Shown: positions 61,609-64,000 of the stretch, in pieces
Layout of the letters: every line of letters starts with the position of its first letter
Numbering within the stretch: position 1 is the stretch's first letter
Notes under the pieces: generated by a model
What the model was told of the DNA's origin: nothing
The model's input: only the letters and a program-made list of their open reading frames with translations
Databases searched by the model: none
Assembly: GCF_004010195.1 (NCBI RefSeq)
Contig: NC_057753.1
Location: forward strand, 630,330-694,329
Origin: Chiloscyllium plagiosum
Lineage: Eukaryota
Length of the DNA: 64,000 bases
Direction of reading: 5' to 3'
Position numbers and translations under genes: made by a program

Positions 61609-64000
61609 TTCTGTACATTCGGATTCAGTTTTCCTTTTGATAAGTGCTATCATTGCCTTAATTTCCTGAGTTATTTGCTGGCCATGTGTGCGAACCTCAA
61701 GCAATCCATCCATTAGGAAACCGTGGTCCTTCTGCACCTTCGTGTTGTACAATCTGTCATCGTTTTGATTGTTGTTTTCTCTTCCTCTTGCCAACTGGTC
61801 ATCTTGTTCACCAAACCCCACAATCAGTTTTTGTATTATTATTCACACATGTCACGATAATCTTTTAATTTCCTTGTGCCCTCTGAAGACTTAATTCCCC
61901 TTTTTTTATATTTGAGAGCTCAGTAAATTTGGCAAACGGAACATGTCCGTCTTCATCCAAGACATATATTGCAAACAGTTGCAATTCCCACATTGGTTCG
62001 TCTGGCACACCACTTGTCAACTTTAGGATTACTCCTGCACACCCATTGTCAATTTCAGCTACTCAGCTATTCTCTTGTCCTCTTCAATATTCTAACCCCT
62101 TGGTCTTTCATTGTCCACAATTAACTTTGATGTCGCATTTTATTGAATGTCTTCGCAAACCAACACACAGTGCAACCACTGATTCCCCTTTATCCAGCAG
62201 AAGTCTCAATTATGATTTCTCTTTCATAAAGCTATGATTTTCTTGAACTTATCCTGTTGCTATTCATTTTAAATAGCTTCGAATATTTTGCTATGACAGT
62301 TTCGAAAACAGACATGTGCTATTTCTTGTTTGCTTTGTCAAAATGTTTTGATGAACTTGTTAAATGTGACATCTTGCAATCTAAAGGGCCTTTCCAGCAT
62401 TGAGGATCATCTGCAACAATAAACTCAAAACGTTAGCTATTTCACTATCATTTTATGTTCGAACGCAGGGATGATGCCACGAGGGGACCGGCAGGTGTTG
62501 GCCCCCCGAGCTGTACATTTTAACCCAGTCCTGTTTTTCTGTTACATGTCATTTCCATGCTTTTTTTTCCTTCCTTTCATTTATCGATTCATTACAGTTC
62601 CTGGAATGTTGTTGTATTCCCTACCGTGAAACCTCATGTAAATTAAGTATTCTATTCATTTTTGTTTTGTCTCCTTGGTTTTATAGCATGATTTGCCCAC
62701 ATTCATTTTCTGCATTACCGACGTTCACTTTGTCAATTACTTTGTTTTCAAAATAATTGCAGGGATTGGTATTCTCTGATTTAATCTCTGGTGAGCTTCC
62801 TATCAAAACCCGATGATTCAAAAGTTAATAATTTTCATATCTTTCATTTCTGCAAATTTTACTATTCTGCCTAACTTTCTGACTTACCATCTGTTTGTCC
62901 ATAATCACATCCATTTTGCTTAATGTTAATCTTAAACCACAGATAATAGTCCGAACTTGGAATTTTCCGTCATCTTTGGAATGTACCTATTTATGTGATC
63001 TGAAATGTCTCCTTACAAATCTGCCACTATATCATGGATAAATTCTCCTCTAAGATTATTTTGCAATTCCCTTCAGCCGGTTCTGCTTTCGTGCCCTCAT
63101 AATACCCTACGCTAAACAGCAGTTTTCTCTCCCTCAGTTTGAATGTGAATGCAATCACGTTAATGTTGCTAATCACTTGGGGGGGCCTTTACAATGTAAT
63201 GATGAATTAATCCTACCTCCTTGCACCGCTGAAGGAGGTTCAACATATGTCGAAAACGTGCGATTCGAATGAATTATTCAAACATTTTTTTTACGGAGCT
63301 CCATATGTAGGCTGTCTTTGCACATCTCCCTTTCACAGCTTGTTTTTTTTACAGATAATGCCTCCCATAATGATTGTCTGATAATAAAAATTATCAGACA
63401 ATCTCTCATAACGTTTACCTCTATGCCCTCCCTATCTTATAAACACACAAGGCTGACTCGAACACCACTCCCACAAATAACTTCTTGAATGCTAATTTCT
63501 TAACTTTACTTAAAAACCCATTCCACGGACTGCTTTCCTGAAATGGTGGACACTCATCTGCCTTTCATAAAATAAGAACAGCCAGAACATTTCTGGCAGC
63601 GTTTGTGACGAGTCAGAGGCAGAGTTTGTTTCCAGTCTAATTGACTCTGTTACACCTCTTTCTGTTCTGCAAATAGCATTATGAGTGGACTTTTGCACTT
63701 GTATAGGTGTCTTAGTCTCCCGTCTTTTCTACATCATCTGTACGAATCCAATCCGTATCGTCTTGCAGGAAGGATAGTGGTGAAGGCCAAGAGCAGTTTC
63801 ATAACCTATTGGCATTGGCATGTGCTGAATATGAGTGTGAACGTCGTTCATGTGAATTCAATCGAATGTACCTGTTGGAATACTTGTTGGAAGGTATCAC
63901 AAACTGTTGTTTCCACAATGAATGATAGCGAGGACATAAACACATGCATGAGAACCTCATTTGCAGTTGGAGTCAGTTATTATGCAGGTGTATTTGGTTA

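Noticed and set aside
58039-64000. Class-switch (S) region
   Set aside because: No tandem WGCW or G-rich arrays are visible.

Overview
Eukaryotic genomic DNA from a shark, probably an orectolobiform (bamboo-shark-like); the taxon is inferred from the VNAR and repeat sequences. There are two assembly gaps (10084-10275, 32999-33494). Most of the first ~55 kb is nested, decayed retroelements: CR1 LINEs, a CR1/L2-group LINE, Rex1/Babar, HE1-type V-SINEs, and many Penelope-like element (PLE) fragments carrying minimal hammerhead ribozyme motifs, several with 10-15 bp target-site duplications and fold-back structure. The only host gene is the unrearranged 5' half of an IgNAR (heavy-chain-only antibody) cluster on the + strand. 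It comprises a promoter with octamer/TATA, leader exon 56625-56667, V exon 56795-57069, two D segments, and J 57994-58038, with RSSs in a 12/23-compatible order. No constant exon was recognised before the window ends. Unusual points: two D segments rather than three; a V with no non-canonical Cys while D1 and J both encode Cys; RUNX-like and CRE-like motifs at the RSSs; a candidate Emu-like enhancer in the J-C intron; a tandem hammerhead mini-element resembling a retrozyme; and recent local inverted duplications. All calls are by eye; no searches were run.
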